This document shows, piece after piece, positions 34,736 to 47,070 of a DNA stretch of 64,000 bases. This DNA comes from an uncultured Actinomycetes bacterium (lineage in GTDB: Bacteria > Actinomycetota > Thermoleophilia > UBA2241), in NCBI GenBank assembly GCA_963767005.1, contig CAVYCN010000003.1, forward strand, positions 160,001 to 224,000. Direction: 5' to 3'. Under the pieces are notes generated by a model, which was not told the origin of the DNA, ran no database searches, and saw only the letters and a list, made by a program, of their open reading frames with translations. Positions within the stretch are counted from its first letter, which is position 1. Every line of letters begins with the position of its first letter. The translations under genes were made by a program, and so were the position numbers.

Positions 34736-35466
34736 CCCGACTGCTCCGGAGCGTCGACCACGGCGGCGTCGTACGGCTTGCCGCAGGTCATGCGCCCCTC
34801 GGGGCAGCTCCCGTACAGGCAGCCGGGGCCGCTCTTGTGGAAGAGTGCCGGCGCCAGGAGCTTGACCCGGTCGCGCAGCTCCCAGGCGAGGGCGCGGATC
34901 TCCCACTGCGCCCGGTTGCAGCAGCGCACCGCGAAGAAGTGACGCAGCTCGCGACCGTTCATGGTCACGACGATCTTGGTCTCGGCGGCGTTCGGCAGCA
35001 CGAAGCGGGCGTCTTCTTGCACCGACTCGCGGCTGCGGCCCTGCGCCAGACCGAGCTCGACGAGCCGGTCGTAGGCCTCGCGCGCCTGCTCCATGGCGCG
35101 CAGGAACACCTGCTCCGCGGCGGCGTCGGCGGCGATCGCCGGCGGCACCACGAAGCTGTCGGCGTGGCTGAAGTTGACGTAGCGTTGCGACTGCTGGTTG
35201 TAGCTGGCCACGCGGTGCCGCACGAGCTGGTGCGTGCAGGCCCGGGAGACGCCGTCGACGGCGAAGGTGAACACCGCATGCTCGAGCGCCGAATGGTGGC
35301 CCGACGCCACGAGGCCGCGCACGAGCTTCGCGACGGCCTCGTCGCTCATCGTCTGGTTGAGCTCGGCGGCCGAGACCGGCGCGTAGCACAAGCGGCCGGC
35401 CGCCGCGACGGCGCGGTCGGGGTCGGGCGTGTGCGAAAGAAGGGTGACGGCGAGCGCCGCGGCCAT
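34732..35466 (-). CDS. thyX: Flavin-dependent thymidylate synthase
   Basis: GHHSALEH, RHRVASYNQQSQRY, EDARFVLP, AQWEIR. Confidence 0.96.
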   Translation of the reverse strand: MAAALAVTLLSHTPDPDRAVAAAGRLCYAPVSAAELNQTMSDEAVAKLVRGLVASGHHSALEHAVFTFAVDGVSRACTHQLVRHRVASYNQQSQRYVNFSHADSFVVPPAIAADAAAEQVFLRAMEQAREAYDRLVELGLAQGRSRESVQEDARFVLPNAAETKIVVTMNGRELRHFFAVRCCNRAQWEIRALAWELRDRVKLLAPALFHKSGPGCLYGSCPEGRMTCGKPYDAAVVDAPEQSG

Positions 35467-35473
35467 CGGCGCG

Positions 35474-35686
35474 CTAGCTCGCGTGGACCTTCTTGCCGAA
35501 CCGGCGCTGGAAGCGCTCGACGCGGCCGCCCGAATCGATCAGCTTCTGCTTGCCCGTGTAGAACGGGTGGCACTGCGAGCAGATCTCGACCTTGAGCTCG
35601 GGCTTGGTCGACCGCGTCATGAAGGTGTTGCCGCACGAGCAATGCACGGTCGCCTCGACGTACTGCGGGTGGATGTCCTTCTTCAT
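35474..35686 (-). CDS. rpmE: 50S ribosomal protein L31 (zinc-binding type)
   Basis: [13 protein letters not shown]...[12 protein letters not shown]. Confidence 0.98.
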   Translation of the reverse strand: MKKDIHPQYVEATVHCSCGNTFMTRSTKPELKVEICSQCHPFYTGKQKLIDSGGRVERFQRRFGKKVHAS

Positions 35687-35726
35687 GAACCGTCGTCCCT
35701 TCGAAAGTGTCGGGGTGAAGCACGCT

Positions 35727-35735
35727 ATGGTAGCA
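35727..35735 (-). promoter_or_regulatory. Extended -10 element for rpmE
   Basis: TGCTACCAT 40 nt upstream of the ATG. Confidence 0.55.
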
Positions 35736-35854
35736 CGCGGGCCACGCGCCGCGCCAACCACGGCACCGCGGCGGCACCGCTCCCCCCTGCTCCTCGTTTC
35801 TGTAGGTTTCCCGCCGCCAAACCCCGCGCCGGGCGCCGGGCGCGGTGCCCGGCC

Positions 35855-37420
<1,566 letters not shown>

Positions 37421-37643
37421 GACTGTCTCGCGTGGGGTGACGTCGGGGCTGGGCCGCCCCTGTGGGCTGCGCCCGACGACGATGCGCCCTGACGCGGGCT
37501 CCTTTCTGTGGGTCCGACTGCTGTGAGAGACGCGACCTGCTGATGGAGCACGTGGGGTGGGATGGTAGCCATATCGGCAGCGCCGAGCGCGGCTTGAGTC
37601 CCACGGCCGCCCTGAGCGTCGAGCGTGTCGATCGTGCCCTCCA

Positions 37644-38576
37644 TCACCCTCCTCTGCTCGTGGTCGCCGACGGCTGCGCGTGCTCGGAGACGGCGTCGAG
37701 CACGGTCGCCATGACGGCCTTCACGGTCTTGTCGATGTTGTCGTTCTCGACGACGGCCACGCCCTGCTTGTCGGCCTGGGCGAGGATGTAGTCCTGGATC
37801 TTGCGGATCTTGGCGAAACCCTGGATGTAGCGGCGCAGCGGCCGGATGCCGTCGGTCTCCCACTCGCGCACGTAGAAGTGGCTGCGGTGACGCTCGGCGT
37901 CGCTGATGGCGACCACCATCTCGACCACGACCGCATCGTGCCAGCGGCTGCGGTCGAGGAATCCGGGCACGAGGTGCACGCCCTCGATGATGGTGCGCTG
38001 CCCCTCGGTGATGGCGCGATCGACCACGGCGTTGACGCCCACCGCGATGCTCTTGGCCTGCTCGATGAAGCCGGCCTCGTCGGCGTCGGTCCAGTCGTAC
38101 AGTGGGATACGCAGGCCGGCGGCCGCGTCGAACGACGAGTACTGGATCTCGGGCATGAGGTCGGGCGCGAAGAAGGCGCGCATGACCTGCCGCACGGTGT
38201 CGGTCGAGACCACCCGCGAGATGCCGAGGCGGTGGGCGATCTGCGTGGCAAGCGTGCTCTTGCCCACGCCCGTGGTGCCGCCGACCAGGATGACGAGCGG
38301 CCGGGCCAGCATGGTGAGGCTCTGCCACTTGCGAAAGCGGGCGATGGTCGCGCGGCCGTCGGCCTCGCCCAGCACCGCGCTCGCGATCTCTTCGAGGCCG
38401 CGCAGCGTGATCGTGCCCTGCCGGCTGTCGTGGAGCCGCTCGCCGACCGCCGCGGCGATCTGGTAGGAACGCTCGGGCGACAGGCCGGTCGCCATCAGCG
38501 CCTGTGCCATGAGCCCCTTCGAGTAGGGCAGCGCCGGGTCGCGACTGACGACCACCATCTCGACGTCGTCGGTCAC
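37644..38576 (-). CDS. 2-phosphoglycerate kinase (archaeal type)
   Basis: [12 protein letters not shown]-cone-like start, [13 protein letters not shown]-loop, [27 protein letters not shown]. Confidence 0.88.
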   Translation of the reverse strand: MTDDVEMVVVSRDPALPYSKGLMAQALMATGLSPERSYQIAAAVGERLHDSRQGTITLRGLEEIASAVLGEADGRATIARFRKWQSLTMLARPLVILVGGTTGVGKSTLATQIAHRLGISRVVSTDTVRQVMRAFFAPDLMPEIQYSSFDAAAGLRIPLYDWTDADEAGFIEQAKSIAVGVNAVVDRAITEGQRTIIEGVHLVPGFLDRSRWHDAVVVEMVVAISDAERHRSHFYVREWETDGIRPLRRYIQGFAKIRKIQDYILAQADKQGVAVVENDNIDKTVKAVMATVLDAVSEHAQPSATTSRGG

Positions 38577-40030
38577 GATCGCTGCCTCGCTGCGTAGCGG
38601 CGCTGTGCGGTGTCGACGAGCCCGTCGACGACGGCCGTGAGGTCGCGGCCGTCGACCGCGACGGGCTCGTTGTCGCAGAAGACGAGCTCCTTGCCCAGGC
38701 GCGCCGCGGCCTCGGCAACGACGTCGACGGCCGCCGCCTTGATCTCGGTCAGGAACACGTCGGCCCGGTCGGCGGCGGCGGCCACGGCGTCGCGCAGGGC
38801 CGCCCGTCCGGCGAGGTCGGTCGAGACGAGCGTCACGTCGGCCTCGTGCGCGTCGCGCAGGTGGTCGGCGAGTAGATCGGCGCTCGCGGGGGTCGCCGTC
38901 GAAAAGAACGCCACGCGGCGCCCGGCGACAGAGGCGACGGGTCGCGGGCGAAGCACGGTCGGGATGAGGTCGATGTCCGGGTTCACGTCGGTCACGGCGG
39001 AACGCAACGCGTCGATACGCGCAGCGTCGCAGAACGGTGGTTCGCACATCGTGAGGAAGAGTGCGTCGGAGATGAGCATTCGGTACGTACCCAGATAGCC
39101 CGTTATGTACTCCGGCGGCTGCATGGCCGAGGCCACGCAGACGACGGCTTGCGCCTGCACCGGCGGTATCGCCGAGCCGCTGCCCTCCCAGATGACCGCC
39201 GCGGCCGGCATGTCGTCGACCAGCTCGAGCGCGGCTCCCACCGTGTCGAGCACCGAGGCGCCGGCCATGCCGCCGCCGCAGCGCCGGCAGCCCACCGTGG
39301 TGACCCCGGTGAGCACGGCATCCTCGAGGTAGTCCGAGGCCGCGTGCAGCCCCCGCCGCGACACCGCGAGCAGATCCGCGGCCCCCAGCCGGGCGCCGCC
39401 GGAGACCACCTGCGGCGCCGCCGGCCCACCGCGCCCCATCGCCACGATCACCACCCGTTCGCGCCCGAACCGGTCGCCGAGCCGGCGTCCGAAGAAGCCG
39501 CTGACGGCCGTCTTTCCGACCCGTTTGCCCGTCCCTATGATCGCAAGCGACGGTTTGCTGGAGAGTCGGGCTAGAGGCTGGGGCGAGAATTCGAAGTCGG
39601 CTCCGACGTACCGTGCACCCCACGACAGCGTCACGCTGATGAGCTGGAACCGCTCCTGGTAGCCTAGCACCGGCTCGTCGGACACGTCAACGACCACCCT
39701 CGCACCTGTGGCCTCGAGCAGCCCCGCGAGCGCCGCCCGCACCGCCGCGGCCCCGAGGGTCGCGCCGTCCGGCCCGGCGGCGACCGTCGCGACCGGCAGG
39801 CCGTAGAGCTCGTCGAGCGCGCCGGCCTGGACCTCGCGCAGCTTCTCGCCGCCGCCCAGGAACAGCGCCGCGGCGAAGGTGTAGCGCCCGGCCAGGACGC
39901 GCAGCGTGTCGACCACGACCGGCGGGTAGTGCTCGCCGTCGATCAGCGCGATCGCGGTGGCTCGCGCCGCCTCGGTCGCGGGCGCGCCGCCGCCGGTCAC
40001 GCCCGCGCCGCTCCCCGTCGCCCCGTCCAT
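38573..40030 (-). CDS. cpgS: Cyclic 2,3-diphosphoglycerate synthase
   Basis: ALIDGEHYPPV, DVSDEPV, GTGKRVGKTAVS, VAMGRGGP, HAASDYLEDA, GCRRCGGGMAG, TEIKAAAVD. Confidence 0.9.
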   Translation of the reverse strand: MDGATGSGAGVTGGGAPATEAARATAIALIDGEHYPPVVVDTLRVLAGRYTFAAALFLGGGEKLREVQAGALDELYGLPVATVAAGPDGATLGAAAVRAALAGLLEATGARVVVDVSDEPVLGYQERFQLISVTLSWGARYVGADFEFSPQPLARLSSKPSLAIIGTGKRVGKTAVSGFFGRRLGDRFGRERVVIVAMGRGGPAAPQVVSGGARLGAADLLAVSRRGLHAASDYLEDAVLTGVTTVGCRRCGGGMAGASVLDTVGAALELVDDMPAAAVIWEGSGSAIPPVQAQAVVCVASAMQPPEYITGYLGTYRMLISDALFLTMCEPPFCDAARIDALRSAVTDVNPDIDLIPTVLRPRPVASVAGRRVAFFSTATPASADLLADHLRDAHEADVTLVSTDLAGRAALRDAVAAAADRADVFLTEIKAAAVDVVAEAAARLGKELVFCDNEPVAVDGRDLTAVVDGLVDTAQRRYAARQRS

Positions 40031-40050
40031 GCGACCCCCCCGCCGCTCCG

Positions 40051-40839
40051 CTAGGTCTGCAGCCGGCGCTCGTCGGGCCGGCCGGCGAAGCGCTCGTAGT
40101 GCAGGGTCGAGGGCGAGAACTCGATGATCTTCTCACTGCCGTGGAACGGGTACTTGCGCTCGACCCGGACGTGGTCGTCGTCGATCGTCACGATGTTGTA
40201 GCAGGGCCGCGTGTCGCCGCGCAGGCGCAGCGAGCAGACGGTCCCGGCGTTCACCACGAACATGTTCTCGAAGTGCCAGGCGTGCGGCACGTGCTTGTGG
40301 CCCGACAGCACGAGGTTGACGTTGCAGCGCTGCAGCACCTCGAGCGTGTCTCCGGCATCGTAGACCATGTTGCGCTCGCGCCCGGTGCCCGGGATCGGCA
40401 GCAGGTGGTGGTGCAGCATGAAGATGCGAAAGCGGGCCGGCGTCGAGAACTGCTCCTCGAGCCAGGCGTAGCGCGAGCGGCCGATGGTGCCGTAGTCGAG
40501 GTCGGGCTGTGTCGAGTCGACGCCGACGATCGAGATCTCGCCGGTGTGCAGCACCACGCCGCGCGGCCCGAACAGATGCTCGAAGTGGACGTAGCCGACG
40601 TTGCGCGAGTCGTGGTTGCCGGGGATGACGAGCACGTGCGGGCACTCGAGGCGGTCGAGGTAGTCCTTGGCCACCTGGTACTCCTGCTTGAAGCCCTCGT
40701 TCGTGAGGTCGCCGGTGACGGCCACGACGTCGGGTCTGAGCTCGTTCAGCTCGACGACCGCACGATCCATGAGATTGGCCACGAAGTACGGCGAGCCGGC
40801 GTGGAAGTCGGACACGTGAGCGAGCACGAAGGGGGCCAT
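40051..40839 (-). CDS. Calcineurin-like metallophosphoesterase (Icc/CpdA-like)
   Basis: SDFH, TGDL, PGNHD, HHH, SGHKH motifs. Confidence 0.93.
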   Translation of the reverse strand: MAPFVLAHVSDFHAGSPYFVANLMDRAVVELNELRPDVVAVTGDLTNEGFKQEYQVAKDYLDRLECPHVLVIPGNHDSRNVGYVHFEHLFGPRGVVLHTGEISIVGVDSTQPDLDYGTIGRSRYAWLEEQFSTPARFRIFMLHHHLLPIPGTGRERNMVYDAGDTLEVLQRCNVNLVLSGHKHVPHAWHFENMFVVNAGTVCSLRLRGDTRPCYNIVTIDDDHVRVERKYPFHGSEKIIEFSPSTLHYERFAGRPDERRLQT

Positions 40840-40852
40840 GAGGCGTCCTTTC

Positions 40853-43042
40853 CTACTCCACGACGACGACGCGCACGCCGCCCTGCTTGTCGCGGAGCGA
40901 GAACGTGGTCTGGTTGCCGTCGCGGCGGAACCGCAGGCTCAGGCGGGAACGGCCGACGCTCAGGTTGCTGAGCGTGACCTCGGACAGCCACTTCGGCAGC
41001 AACGGGTTGTGCACGTAGAGCGCGTTCTCGGCGGCGCTCGCGTAGAGCCCGAGCATGGCCTGCAGCATGAGGAACGGGGCGCCGGCGGCCGGCGCGTCGG
41101 GCGAGCACGCCATGGGGTAGGCGACGGGGCGGTTCACGGCCTGCCGGGTGAAGCCGCAGATGAACTCGGGCAGGCGCTCGTACTGCTGGTCGAGGGCGGC
41201 GTCGAAGAGCGCGCCGGCCAGGCGGTTGGCCTCCTGGTCGAAGCCGTGCTTCTTGAGGCCGTTCACGATGAGCGCGTTGTCGAACGGCCAGACGCTGCCG
41301 TTGTAGAGGCTCATGGGGCTGTAGCCGACCGCCGACTTGGCCATCGTGCGTACGCCCCAGCCCGAGAACAGGTCGGGCGACAGCAGGCGCTCGGCCACCG
41401 GCGCCACATGCTCCTCGGAGAGGATGCGCGACCACAGGCAGTGGCCGGCGGTCGAGACGATCGTCTTCACCTGACGCTTGTCGGCGTCGAGGGCCATCGC
41501 CACGTAGCCCTCGTCGTCCATCCAGAAGCGGTCGTTGAAGCGCAGCTTGAGCGCCTGCGACTCGGCCTGCAGGCGCTCCGACAGCTCGACGTCGGCGAGG
41601 TGCCCGAACAGGCTCGCGAGACGGCGCTTGGCGTAGTAGACGTAGGCCTGCGACTCGGCGAGGGCGATGGGGCCCTGCGCGACGCTGCCGTCGGTGTGCA
41701 CCACCGCGTCGTGGGCGTCGCGCCAGCCCTGGTTGACGAGCCCGGCCCGCGAGCGCCGCCGGTACTCGACGAAGCCGTCGCCGTCGAGGTCGCCGTACTG
41801 GTCGATCCAGCGCAGGGCGGCCTCGATGGGGCCACGGAGCTGCTCGAAGGCCTCGAGGTCGCCGGTCCACATGGCGACCTCGCAGACGAGCAGCAGGTAC
41901 AGGGCCGTCGTGTCGACCGCGCCGTAGTAGGGGGTGTGTGGGATCGCCTTGACGGCGGCGAGCTCGCCACGGCGCAGCTCGTGCATGATCTTGCCGGGCT
42001 CCTCCTCGCGAAAGACGCTGTCGACGCGGCCCTGCAGCCCGGTGAGCAGGCGCACGCAGTCGATCGCGGGACGCGGGTCCAGCATGAGGGTCTCGAGGCT
42101 GGCGATGATCGCGTCGCGGCCGAACGGCGCCACGAACCAGGGCACGGCCGCCGCGAAGGTCCGGCCCCCCGACGTGTCGGTCATGAGCATGCGCAGGTCG
42201 GCCTGGCCGCGGCGCAGCACCCGGGTGACCTCTTCGGAGTCGGTGAAGATGCCAGTCGCGCCGGCGAACCAGCGCTCGTAGTCGCGCCGCATCTCGGTCA
42301 GGCGCTCGGTGAAGTCGCCGCCGGCCGACAGAGCCGGCCCGTCGGGCACCGACACCTCGATCGAGAACCGCAGCACCTTGCGCTCGCGCGGCGCGAGGTT
42401 CACGCGAAAGCGTGCCGTGCCGCCCTCGAGCCTGGCCGGCGCCTGCTCGAAACGCACGATCGTCTTGCGCAGCACCTCGTCGAGGCCCAGGTAGGCCAGC
42501 GTGAGCTTGTCGCCTTCGGCCTTGGGGGCGAAGCGAGTGCCGCGCTTGTGGCGGCGCATGCCACGCACCTCGAACATGTCGCGAAAGTCGGCGTCGAACC
42601 TGAGCTCCACGTCGACCTCGACCGGCGCCGCGTGGTAGTTCTTGACGCGCAGCAGCTCGTAGACGCGGTCGGCGACCACGCGCGTGCGCCGCAGGTGCAC
42701 CGAGGTCTGGGGGATCGCCTCGCCGCGCGCGCCCTTGATGGCGAGATTCGTGAACTCGGCCGACGAGACGTAGTTGCGCTCGGCGGTCGAGGAGAGCAGC
42801 ACCGGCGGCCGGCCGCCGACCGTCATCTCGAGGCGTGAGAGAAAGCGCGTGTCGCGAAAGTAGAGGCCGAGCGGCGAGCCGGCGGCGGCCGGGATCAGCC
42901 CCTCCTCGTCGGTGTACATGAGGAGCTCGTTCTCCATGCTGACGAGGCGGCGGCGGCGCTGCTCGGTCATCACGAAGCGCTCGGCTCCGGTCGTCACGCC
43001 GTCGGCGGCGCCGAGCGCCTCGAAGCGCTCGTCGCCGATCAC
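40853..43042 (-). CDS. Amylo-alpha-1,6-glucosidase / glycogen debranching family protein (start uncertain)
   Basis: GLYFRDTRFLS, PWFVAPFGRD, EEPGKIMHELR, YYGAVDTT, NQGWRD, YNGSVWPFDN. Confidence 0.9.
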   Translation of the reverse strand: MIGDERFEALGAADGVTTGAERFVMTEQRRRRLVSMENELLMYTDEEGLIPAAAGSPLGLYFRDTRFLSRLEMTVGGRPPVLLSSTAERNYVSSAEFTNLAIKGARGEAIPQTSVHLRRTRVVADRVYELLRVKNYHAAPVEVDVELRFDADFRDMFEVRGMRRHKRGTRFAPKAEGDKLTLAYLGLDEVLRKTIVRFEQAPARLEGGTARFRVNLAPRERKVLRFSIEVSVPDGPALSAGGDFTERLTEMRRDYERWFAGATGIFTDSEEVTRVLRRGQADLRMLMTDTSGGRTFAAAVPWFVAPFGRDAIIASLETLMLDPRPAIDCVRLLTGLQGRVDSVFREEEPGKIMHELRRGELAAVKAIPHTPYYGAVDTTALYLLLVCEVAMWTGDLEAFEQLRGPIEAALRWIDQYGDLDGDGFVEYRRRSRAGLVNQGWRDAHDAVVHTDGSVAQGPIALAESQAYVYYAKRRLASLFGHLADVELSERLQAESQALKLRFNDRFWMDDEGYVAMALDADKRQVKTIVSTAGHCLWSRILSEEHVAPVAERLLSPDLFSGWGVRTMAKSAVGYSPMSLYNGSVWPFDNALIVNGLKKHGFDQEANRLAGALFDAALDQQYERLPEFICGFTRQAVNRPVAYPMACSPDAPAAGAPFLMLQAMLGLYASAAENALYVHNPLLPKWLSEVTLSNLSVGRSRLSLRFRRDGNQTTFSLRDKQGGVRVVVVE

Positions 43043-43285
43043 GATCTCGGACTCGCTCCCCGCGGCGCCACTCGCAGCGACGCCCTCGGCGGCCGCGCCC
43101 TGCCGCTCGCCGGCAGCCGTGGCGCGTCGTTCGCCGGCGGCCGCGGCGCGACCTTGCGACCGCTTGTCAGTATCTGTGGACGAGGCGTGGTCCTTTCACG
43201 CGACCAGGATGGGCCGGCCGCTGCCGGCCCGCGTCGGGGCGACGGCCCTGCTTCGATGATCGGGGATACCCGCCATGGGCCCAGG

Positions 43286-44374
43286 TCACGCCCTCGCCGG
43301 CACGGCGAGGGCGCGCTCGATCTCGGCCAGAGGCTCCGACGTGAACACGGGCTCGGCCGCCGTGCGCACGGCGGTGTCGGGGTCCTTGAGGCCGTGACCG
43401 GTGAGCACGCACGTCACCAGCGCCCCGGCCGCGATGCGGCCGTCCTCGCGCGCCTTGCGCAGACCCGCGATCGATGCCGCGCTCGCCGGTTCGCAGAACA
43501 CGCCCTCGGTCGCCGCCACGAGCCGGTAGGCCGCCACGATCTCGTCGTCGGTCACCATATCGATGAAGCCGCCCGAGTCGCGCGCCGCCGCGAGAGCCTC
43601 GTCGCCACGCGCCGGATTGCCGATGCGGATCGCCGTGGCGATCGTCTCGGGAGCATCGATGCGGTGGCCGAGCACGAGCGGTGCCGCGCCCGCCGCCTGA
43701 AAGCCGCACATGACCGGCAGACGGTCCGTCACGCCCGCGTCGCGATACTCGCGGTAGCCCTTCCAGTAGCTCGTGATGTTGCCGGCGTTGCCGACCGGTA
43801 TGCAGTGATACGCGGGCGGCCCGCCGAGCGCGTCGCAGACCTCGAAGGCGCCGGTCTTCTGCCCCTCGATACGGTAGGGGTTGACCGAGTTCACGAGGGC
43901 GACCGGCAGCCGTGCGGCCGCCTCGCGCACGACGTCGAGGGCGACGTCGAAGTTGCCCGGGATCGACACCACATGGGCGCCGTACGCCACCGCCTGGGCG
44001 AGCTTGCCCATGGCGATCTTGCCCTCGGGGATCACGACGATCGCCCTGATGCCGGCCTTGGCCGCGTAGGCCGCCGCCGAGGCGCTCGTGTTGCCGGTAG
44101 AGGCGCAGACGACCGCGCGGAAGCCGTCCTCGATCACCTTGCTGACCGCCATCGTCATGCCGCGGTCCTTGAACGAGCAGGTCGGGTTCAGGCCCTCGAG
44201 CTTCAGGTGGAGCTCCACACCGAGCGCCTCGCCCAGGCGCGGCGCCGGCACGAGCGGCGTGTCGCCCTCGCCGAGAGTGACGATCGGGGTCGCGTCGGTC
44301 ACGGGCAGGTAGCGCCGGTAGCGGGCGATCACGCCGGCGCCACGGCCGGCCGGTCCCGCGGGGCTAGCCGCCAT
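43286..44374 (-). CDS. thrC: Threonine synthase
   Basis: [16 protein letters not shown] lysine, [22 protein letters not shown]. Confidence 0.96.
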   Translation of the reverse strand: MAASPAGPAGRGAGVIARYRRYLPVTDATPIVTLGEGDTPLVPAPRLGEALGVELHLKLEGLNPTCSFKDRGMTMAVSKVIEDGFRAVVCASTGNTSASAAAYAAKAGIRAIVVIPEGKIAMGKLAQAVAYGAHVVSIPGNFDVALDVVREAAARLPVALVNSVNPYRIEGQKTGAFEVCDALGGPPAYHCIPVGNAGNITSYWKGYREYRDAGVTDRLPVMCGFQAAGAAPLVLGHRIDAPETIATAIRIGNPARGDEALAAARDSGGFIDMVTDDEIVAAYRLVAATEGVFCEPASAASIAGLRKAREDGRIAAGALVTCVLTGHGLKDPDTAVRTAAEPVFTSEPLAEIERALAVPARA

Positions 44375-45647
44375 CGCGACCCTCGATCCTGATCACGCTC
44401 GGCTGGCCGTGAACGGCGGGCAGCGCGGCGATGCGCGCGAGGGCGGCGAAGAAGGCCGCCTCGCGCACCGGGTGCATGACGAGCACGAGCTGGGCGCCGT
44501 CGTCGCCTCCGGTCTGCTGCATCGAGTCGATGCTGACGCCCTCGTCGCCGAACACGCCGGCGATCGTGGCCAGCACGCCGGGCTGGTCGGCCACTCGCAT
44601 GCGCAGGTAGAAGCGCGAGGCCACGTCGGCGCTGGGAAACGGGTCGAGCTGCTTGAAGCAGGTGCAGTTGCGCACGTAGCCGCCGCGTGCCGTGTTGACG
44701 ATCGAGATGACGTCGCCGATCACGGCCGAGGCGGTGGGCGTGCCGCCGGCGCCGGGACCGAGCAGCATGATGCTGCCGAAGCTGTCGGCTTCGAGGAACA
44801 CGGCGTTATAGGCGCCCGACACGCCGGCGAGCGGGTGCTCGAGCGGCACGAAACTGGGGTAGACGCGCACATTCACGCGATCGTCGATCAGGCGCGCCAC
44901 GCCGAGCAGCTTGGGCACGAGACCCAGGCGGCGGCCGTGGCCGACATCGACGTCGGTGACGCCCTCGATGCCCTCGTGCTCGACGTCGCCAAGGACGACC
45001 CGGCTATGGAAGGCGATCGAGGCGAGGATCGCCATCTTGGCGGCAGCGTCCTTGCCGGTCACGTCGTCGCTGGGATCGGCCTCGGCGTAGCCGAGCTCCT
45101 GGGCCCTGGCAAGCGTCGGCCCGTACTCGGCCCCGGTCTGCGCCATGGCTGAGAGGATGTAGTTGGTCGTGCCGTTGACGATGCCCATGACGCCGGTGAC
45201 GCGCGCCGCCGCAAGCGACTCGCGCAGCACCTTGATGACGGGCACGGCGCCGACCGAGCTCGCCTCGAACCGCAGGAACGTGCCGCCGTCCTCGGCCGCC
45301 TGCAGGAGCTCCGCACCGTGCTGCGACAGGAGCTGCTTGTTGGCGGTCACGACCGACTTGCCGGCGGCGAGCGCGGCGAGCTGGATCGTGCGCGCCGGCT
45401 CGATGCCGCCGATCAGCTCGATGACGACGTCGATCGCGGGGTCGGCGATCAGATCGTCGACGTCGGTCGTCGCGCGCACGCCGGCCGGCACGAGCGCGCG
45501 CCGCTCGGCCGAGAGATCGCAGACGGCGCGCAGGCGCACCTCGCGACCCGTGGCCAGGCGGATCTCGTCGGCGCTCTCGACGAGCAGCCGGCCCACACCC
45601 GACCCCACCGTCCCGTATCCAACAAGCCCGATGCCGACCTCGCTCAC
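44364..45647 (-). CDS. hom: Homoserine dehydrogenase with a C-terminal ACT domain
   Basis: [33 protein letters not shown]. Confidence 0.96.
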   Translation of the reverse strand: MSEVGIGLVGYGTVGSGVGRLLVESADEIRLATGREVRLRAVCDLSAERRALVPAGVRATTDVDDLIADPAIDVVIELIGGIEPARTIQLAALAAGKSVVTANKQLLSQHGAELLQAAEDGGTFLRFEASSVGAVPVIKVLRESLAAARVTGVMGIVNGTTNYILSAMAQTGAEYGPTLARAQELGYAEADPSDDVTGKDAAAKMAILASIAFHSRVVLGDVEHEGIEGVTDVDVGHGRRLGLVPKLLGVARLIDDRVNVRVYPSFVPLEHPLAGVSGAYNAVFLEADSFGSIMLLGPGAGGTPTASAVIGDVISIVNTARGGYVRNCTCFKQLDPFPSADVASRFYLRMRVADQPGVLATIAGVFGDEGVSIDSMQQTGGDDGAQLVLVMHPVREAAFFAALARIAALPAVHGQPSVIRIEGRDGG

Positions 45648-45729
45648 CGGCGGTCCTTTCGTGTCGGGGTGTCTCGACGCGCCGGCTCAGCCCCGCCGGC
45701 CGGCGCGAGTCGGAGTCTATCGCAGCGTC

Positions 45730-47064
45730 TCACGCGCGGCCCGTCTCGCGCAGTGGCCGCTGCAGGCGCGCCACGTCCTGCCAGGTCTCGCGCTCGACGA
45801 TCACCCGCGCCTTGCCGCCGCCCGCCATGACCACGGCCGGTCGCGGCACCATGTTGTAGTTGTTCGCCATGACGTAGCCGTAGGCGCCGGTGCCAGGCGT
45901 GACCAGCACGTCGCCGACCTCGGGCGGCGCGATCGCCACGTCGCGTACGAGCACGTCGCTCATCTCGCAATGCTTGCCGGCCACGGTCACGACCACGCTC
46001 GCCGGCGTCTCGGCCTTGCCGGCCAGCATGGCCTCGTACTTCGAGTCGTAGAGCATCGGCCGCAGGTTGTCGCTCATGCCACCGTCGATCGCGACGTACG
46101 TGCGCACGCCGGGGATCTCCTTGATCGTGCCGATCGTGTACGCCGTGACCGCCGCCTTGCCGGCGATCGACCGGCCGGGCTCGACCAGCAGGCGTGGCAG
46201 GGGCAGGCCATAGCGTTCAGACGACGCCCGGGCGGCGCCCACCACGGCCTCGGCGAACTCGGCGATCGACGAGGGCCGGTCCTGCTCGGTGTAACGGATG
46301 CCGAGGCCGCCGCCGAAGTTGACCAGGCGACACTCGAAGCCGTGCTCGCGACGCCAGTCGGCGACGGCGGCGAACAGCACCTCGACCTCGCGGCGGTGCG
46401 ACGACAGGTCGAAGATCTGCGAGCCGATGTGGGCGTGCACGCCGACGAGCTCGAGGTCGGCGGCAGCGGCGAGCAGGCGGCGCACCGCCTCGCCGGCAAG
46501 CCCCTCGGACAGACCGAAGCCGAACTTGCTGTCGGCCTGGCCGGTCTGCACGTAGCTGTGCGTCGTCGGTCGGACGCCGGGCGTGAGTCGCACCAGGACT
46601 CGCTGGCGTACGCCACGCCGCCGCGCCGCCGCGGCCAGCAGCTCGATCTCGTGCAGCGAGTCGACGACGAAGAAGCCGATGCCGGCGTCGAGCCCGGCGT
46701 CGATCTCGGCCGGCGACTTGTTGTTGCCGTGGAAGTAGATCCGCTCGGGCGGCACGCCGGCGAGGCGCGCCGTGAAGAGCTCGCCCCCCGAGGCGACGTC
46801 GAGCGACAGGCCCTCTTCGGCGACGAGCTCGCACATGGCGCGACAGCAGAACGCCTTGCTCGCGTACACGATCTCGGTGTCGGCGAGGCGCGAGCGAAAG
46901 GCGTCGACGTAGGCGCGGCACTGGTCGCGCAGCGTCTGCTCGTCGTAGATGAACAGCGGCGTGCCGAAGCGCGCGGCGAGCTCGACCACGTCGCAGCCGC
47001 CGATCTCGAGGTGACCGGCGGCGTTGTGGCGGGAGGTGTGCGGATAGATCAGCGTGTGCGTCAC
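45730..47064 (-). CDS. lysA: Diaminopimelate decarboxylase
   Basis: YASKAF, HGNNK, HIGSQ, EPGRS, GKHCE, GAYGY. Confidence 0.96.
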   Translation of the reverse strand: MTHTLIYPHTSRHNAAGHLEIGGCDVVELAARFGTPLFIYDEQTLRDQCRAYVDAFRSRLADTEIVYASKAFCCRAMCELVAEEGLSLDVASGGELFTARLAGVPPERIYFHGNNKSPAEIDAGLDAGIGFFVVDSLHEIELLAAAARRRGVRQRVLVRLTPGVRPTTHSYVQTGQADSKFGFGLSEGLAGEAVRRLLAAAADLELVGVHAHIGSQIFDLSSHRREVEVLFAAVADWRREHGFECRLVNFGGGLGIRYTEQDRPSSIAEFAEAVVGAARASSERYGLPLPRLLVEPGRSIAGKAAVTAYTIGTIKEIPGVRTYVAIDGGMSDNLRPMLYDSKYEAMLAGKAETPASVVVTVAGKHCEMSDVLVRDVAIAPPEVGDVLVTPGTGAYGYVMANNYNMVPRPAVVMAGGGKARVIVERETWQDVARLQRPLRETGRA

Positions 47065-47070
47065 GGTCGT

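Noticed and set aside
38577-39623. Long N-terminal extension of the 2-PGK ORF (659 aa call)
   Set aside because: It overlaps cpgS in another frame; homology-like sequence begins only at the GTG overlapping the cpgS stop.
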